Source: Squalus acanthias (Eukaryota). Taken from it: a stretch of 64,000 nt of DNA. Below, one piece after another: positions 59,993 through 64,000 of the stretch (position 1 is its first letter; the number at the start of each line of letters is the position of its first letter). Under the pieces are notes generated by a model, which was given only the letters and a program-made list of their open reading frames with translations, made no database searches and was not told the origin of the DNA. Both the position numbers and the translations under genes were made by a program. Location of the stretch: contig JASTWF010000034.1 in the NCBI GenBank assembly GCA_030390025.1, forward strand, positions 1,550,001-1,614,000. The letters run 5' to 3'.

Positions 59993-61294
59993 CTGTGAGG
60001 AAGGGAAATAAACAGGGAAATTATACATCAGGCTGGGAGCAAAGGCAGCATTTTGATGGAATTCAGGTTGAAATCTGCAACTCACGAGCGACATTCAATG
60101 ATATAATCTAATCCTATTGCCTGTGGAGCTGAATACAGGGTTTATTGTAAGAATAATCGGGAATATATTGTGGAATCAGTAAATGAAATTGGAATAAAAA
60201 CAACATGAAAGTAACAGATGTTTGATCAAGGAGAGATTAAATGATCGATCTATATTTTGCCCAGCAGACAAATGCACTGCCCGAGCTACCAGGGACACAA
60301 AGGACCAGAACCTCTCAGGAAGCCTTCGTGTCCCGGGATCAGTCAGCATTTGGAGCGGTGCAATTCGCTTTGTGCCCCTGTGTTAGTGAGCGGGAAATCC
60401 CGCTTGGATTCCTACTCCTGGTTAGAATATCCATTCTATTTAGAACTGAAAATGAATGCAATAGCAAAATAAGTAACTGCAACCTTGGCATGCAATAATT
60501 ACAGGCAATTGTAAGTAAAATGTACGGATGTAATATGACAATGCTGAGAAAATAAATACAAGTGCACTGCATTTATAACGATAACTGGGCTGTCAGATAT
60601 GTTTTGAAGATTGTGTTTTCTGCATTTTTTTTGAAATACACAAATTGTAGCTCATTGAAAGGAAGATTTGCCAAGTAACATTGCAAATAATGGACTCTGA
60701 ATTAGTGATGGTTGACCAGGTAATGTACCACTAAATGCATTTATCAGCATCGAAATCAGATGATTTATCCCACAGGCACAGTGCCACCGGTTGCTGTTGT
60801 AAAGTATCTGAACACAAATGGAAGAGATTTATCCTTGTACTTTTTCAGCTGTTGTTTCCAACTTGTGCAGAAAATACTAGACGAGAAGATATCAAAGGAT
60901 TTTCTTATCCTCAGTACTTCAGTTACAATCAGCTGGGATTGTTTATCCTGAAGTACAGCAGGAGGCAATAGAGAATCACTCTGGGTCTCATTGACAGTTC
61001 CACTGAACTGTGACCGACGGCCATGGGATCCAATTGCAAATTTAAAACATTGATTGGAAATAAATGTATTGAAATCTGTCTGAATGAACGTTTTGTGAGA
61101 ATATAAATTATCCTTGTAATCCTACTTTAACCATCAGAAGCAGTGCCACTAATGCAGAACTGGAGAGGGTTGGAAAGGAGACACTGACTGGAACTGAATG
61201 ATTAGCCGATATTTCAGGTATTTAAAGATGTGGATGTGATCTGCCAGGATTTGTTCCAATGACTCTGTAAGTAACCATACCGAGCATTAGCTGA

Positions 61295-61430
61295 AAACAA
61301 ACACAAAATACTGTGGATACTGGAAATCTAAAATGAAAACAGAAAATGGTGGAAATCCTCAGCGGGTCAGGCAGCATCGGTGGAGAGAGAGAGAGAAACA
61401 GAGTTAACGTTTCAGGTCGATGATCTTTCG
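61295..61430 (-). mobile_element. Solo Penelope-type terminal repeat, hammerhead truncated
   Basis: aaatactgtggatactggaaatct...ctcagcgggtcaggcagcatc...gagttaacgtttcaggtcgatgatctttc. Confidence 0.7.
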
Positions 61431-61721
61431 CCATCAGGTGAAAAGTCTCCTAAACCAAGACAGCATTCTTCTGATCTGTTACCAATGTTCAGTGTAGGTA
61501 GCAGACTGAAATTCGTTAAATAAAGAGTCACCTTCAATAAAAAATTGCCTGAGTTGAATATAGAATATTTGAATCTTGGTAACACGATATCATGTTCACA
61601 ATCAATAGCTGACAGCAGCGCGGATGGGATGGGGAACGACAAAGTGGGAAACACAATTAAACATGTGGGGGGAAAGTCGGTTGGTTAGCCCCTCCACTTA
61701 GCACCTTAAGAGGTCACCAAT

Positions 61722-62553
61722 GGGGAACAAAGCATCTAGCGCCCATGCGCGGCGATGTTTGCGCCGCTCACAAAATTAACTAGACATTCTGCGGCGGCGC
61801 TAAACACTACCGCCACAAACTCATGCGCCGGCAGATATTGACATAAGTCGAGTGCGCAACGGCCCGGTAGCGCCCCGGATGCGATATTGAGTGGCGCCCT
61901 CTGCCTTACTGCCTGCTGCTAGCAACGATAGGTTGAGGGGAGCGTTTTGCAGTCAGGAAGGGACTGGGGGAGTGCTATTTAAAAGCGACCTCTTCCTGCG
62001 TTTTTCTTGGTGACATTTTTGCACCACGTATTCTGAGAGAGAGAGAGACTTCTAGAGAGATTCAACGCTGTGTGAAGGAGTTTTGGGTACTGAGCAGCAC
62101 TTTGCAGGTTCATTTTGATTTGCCCTTCCTTGTATCGATTTAGAAGAAACTGTGGGGCCTGCACTCTGAGCTCTTTCCCTGTATTTCTCCATTGTTCTTT
62201 CCAGCAGATTTGATGTGCAGGTCTCTCCAGGCCGAGATTCAAGGCTGCAATGAGCAGGATGTGGATGGAGAGCAAGATCAACCTTCCCCTTTAAGAACTG
62301 GCCGGCGCCATTGTGTCTGTGTTCCATTGCTAACTGACATCTAATGAGCTTCGCCAGTGCTCTGAGGTAACGCCTCGCTCCGCGGCCTTTCCGCCTTATA
62401 ACAGCTGTGAAACGCCTGATTTAGCGCTCCAATCAATTCCAGGGGCGATAAAAGCCAAGTTTGCAGTCAGAGTCGATAATTAGCGCCAGGCGCTAATTTT
62501 TGCGCCCGGCCGATAATTGAGCCGCAAATGGGTCGATACTGAATTTGTCCCCC
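61722..62553. mobile_element. Non-autonomous Harbinger derivative
   Basis: The 5' about 400 bp resembles 62575-62940, and the 3' part matches 1-525. Weak terminal inverted match ggggaacaaa / tttgtccccc. Confidence 0.6.
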
Positions 62554-62555
62554 GA

Positions 62556-64000
62556 GATATTTAGTGCTTGAGCGCGGCTAATTTAGCGCCGCTCGGGAAA
62601 TTGACCAGTTATTTTGCGCTGGTACTAAGCACTACCGCCACGATCTCCTGCGCCTGCAAATCATGACGTCAGTCGAGCGTGCAACGCCCCTTTAGCGACC
62701 CGGACCGGATATTGAGTCGCATCCCCTGCCTTAGTGTCTGCCACTAGGAACGACAGGTAGAGGGGAACGTTTTCAAGACGGGAGGGGCTGGGGGAGCACT
62801 AATTAAAGGCGGCCGCTTCCTGCATTTTCATGTCGGCAAAATTTTTGGTACACGCATGTTGAGAGGGAGAGAGACGTCTGGAGAGATTCGAAGCTGACCG
62901 AACGAGATTTGGGTCCTGAGCACCACTTTGGAGATTCATTTTTATGTCACTTTCCTTCTGACGATATTTAGAAGCTTCGATGGGGGCTGCACTAACTCAG
63001 GCCTCGTCGTCCAGCTTCACCATCAGAGGCAGCAGAGGCGCAGAGTGAGAGTGGCAAACGTGGCCAGAAGGAGGAGGGCCATCAGGCCTCTGCACAGGAG
63101 ACCTTACCCTCCCAGGGTATTCAGGAACCGATCCTCTTCCTATAGCCATTTGTCTGAGGAGCAGTGTTTCCAATGGCTGGGCTTCAGCAAGGAGGTGGTC
63201 ACAGACCTCTGCCGCCACCTGCAACCAGATCTGCAGCCTCAGCTCAGGACCAGATCATCTCTTTCGGTGACAGTGGAGGTGACAGTGGCTCTGAATTTCT
63301 AAGTCAGCGGTTCCTTTCAGGCTTCTACTGGGGACACAGTGAATATCTCCTGGTTCCCTGTTCATTGTTGCATCCGGGAGGTGACAAATGCTTCGTAGAA
63401 GAGGACACGCCAGTACATCTCTCCCAATCACCTGCGACAAACAGGGTGAACGCACATGTGGTTTTGCGAGGATAGCGGGCTTCCCCATAGTTCATGGCAC
63501 CATTTACTACACGCATGTGGCATTGCGGGCAACTCGTGAGAATGCAGAGGTGTTCCGAAACCACAAGGGCTTCCATTCTTTGAATGTGAAGTAGGTCTGT
63601 GACCACAGACAGCTCATACTCGCCGTCACTGCCCTATATTCTGGCAGCAGCCACGATACTTTTATCCTGCGCCAGACCGGTGTCATCAACATCTTCCAAC
63701 ACCGCATCAACCTACTGGATGGTTCCTCGGGGACAAAAGTTATCCAATCTGCACCTGGCTGATGATACCGCTCTGTAACCCCAACACTCCTGCTGAGCTC
63801 CAATACATTGAGAGCCAGAGTGCCACCAGGAACCTCATTGAGCAGCCGACGGGTGTCTTGAAACAACGGTTCCGGTGTCTGGACCACTCAGGGGGAGCCC
63901 TGCAGTACTCTCTCGAGCGAGTCTCCCTCTTCATTTGTGTGTGCTGTATGCTTCCTAACATTGCAATCATGAGGACCCAGCCATTGACACCAGGGATTGG
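62556..64000 (+). mobile_element. Harbinger/PIF element with a degenerate HARBI1-like transposase, running off the window
   Basis: RRPYPPRVFR...LGFSKEVVTDLC...VTVALNF*, GFPIVHGTIYYTHVALRA, RNHKGFHSLNV, GSSHDTFIL, LKQRFRCL; multiple stops and frameshifts. Confidence 0.9.

Overview
Repeat-rich vertebrate genomic DNA, most likely a shark or other cartilaginous fish (inferred from HE1-type SINE, Deu-domain SINE and CR1 content plus the receptor family). It holds part of a cluster of two-exon class A GPCR genes of the GPR139/GPR142-like type, in alternating orientation. Gene A (- strand) shows only exon 1 (about 4989-5366), with a TAG stop and a 1-nt frameshift. Gene B (+ strand) is complete and intact: exon 1 7900-8080 plus exon 2 21658-22559, 360 aa. 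Gene C (- strand) shows an intact exon 2 (59091-59992), with exon 1 beyond the window. The cluster was built by large inverted duplications: about 1680-5935 vs 7270-11450 (A/B head-to-head) and about 20860-30215 vs 53660-60790 (B/C tail-to-tail). B and C are nearly identical on the cytoplasmic side but hypervariable in all extracellular loops, the pattern of a diversifying sensory-type receptor repertoire. The rest is decayed mobile DNA: many CR1 LINE pieces, including a near full-length copy nested in a Harbinger transposase; HER1/HE1-type, L2 and DeuSINE pieces; and a Penelope-like retroelement with a 15-bp TSD whose terminal repeat and solo derivatives carry minimal hammerhead-ribozyme motifs. 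There are at least seven tandem-repeat arrays, one of them a CpG-rich array of YY1-consensus motifs just after the gene B stop. Repeat boundaries, copy numbers and family names were read by eye and are approximate.
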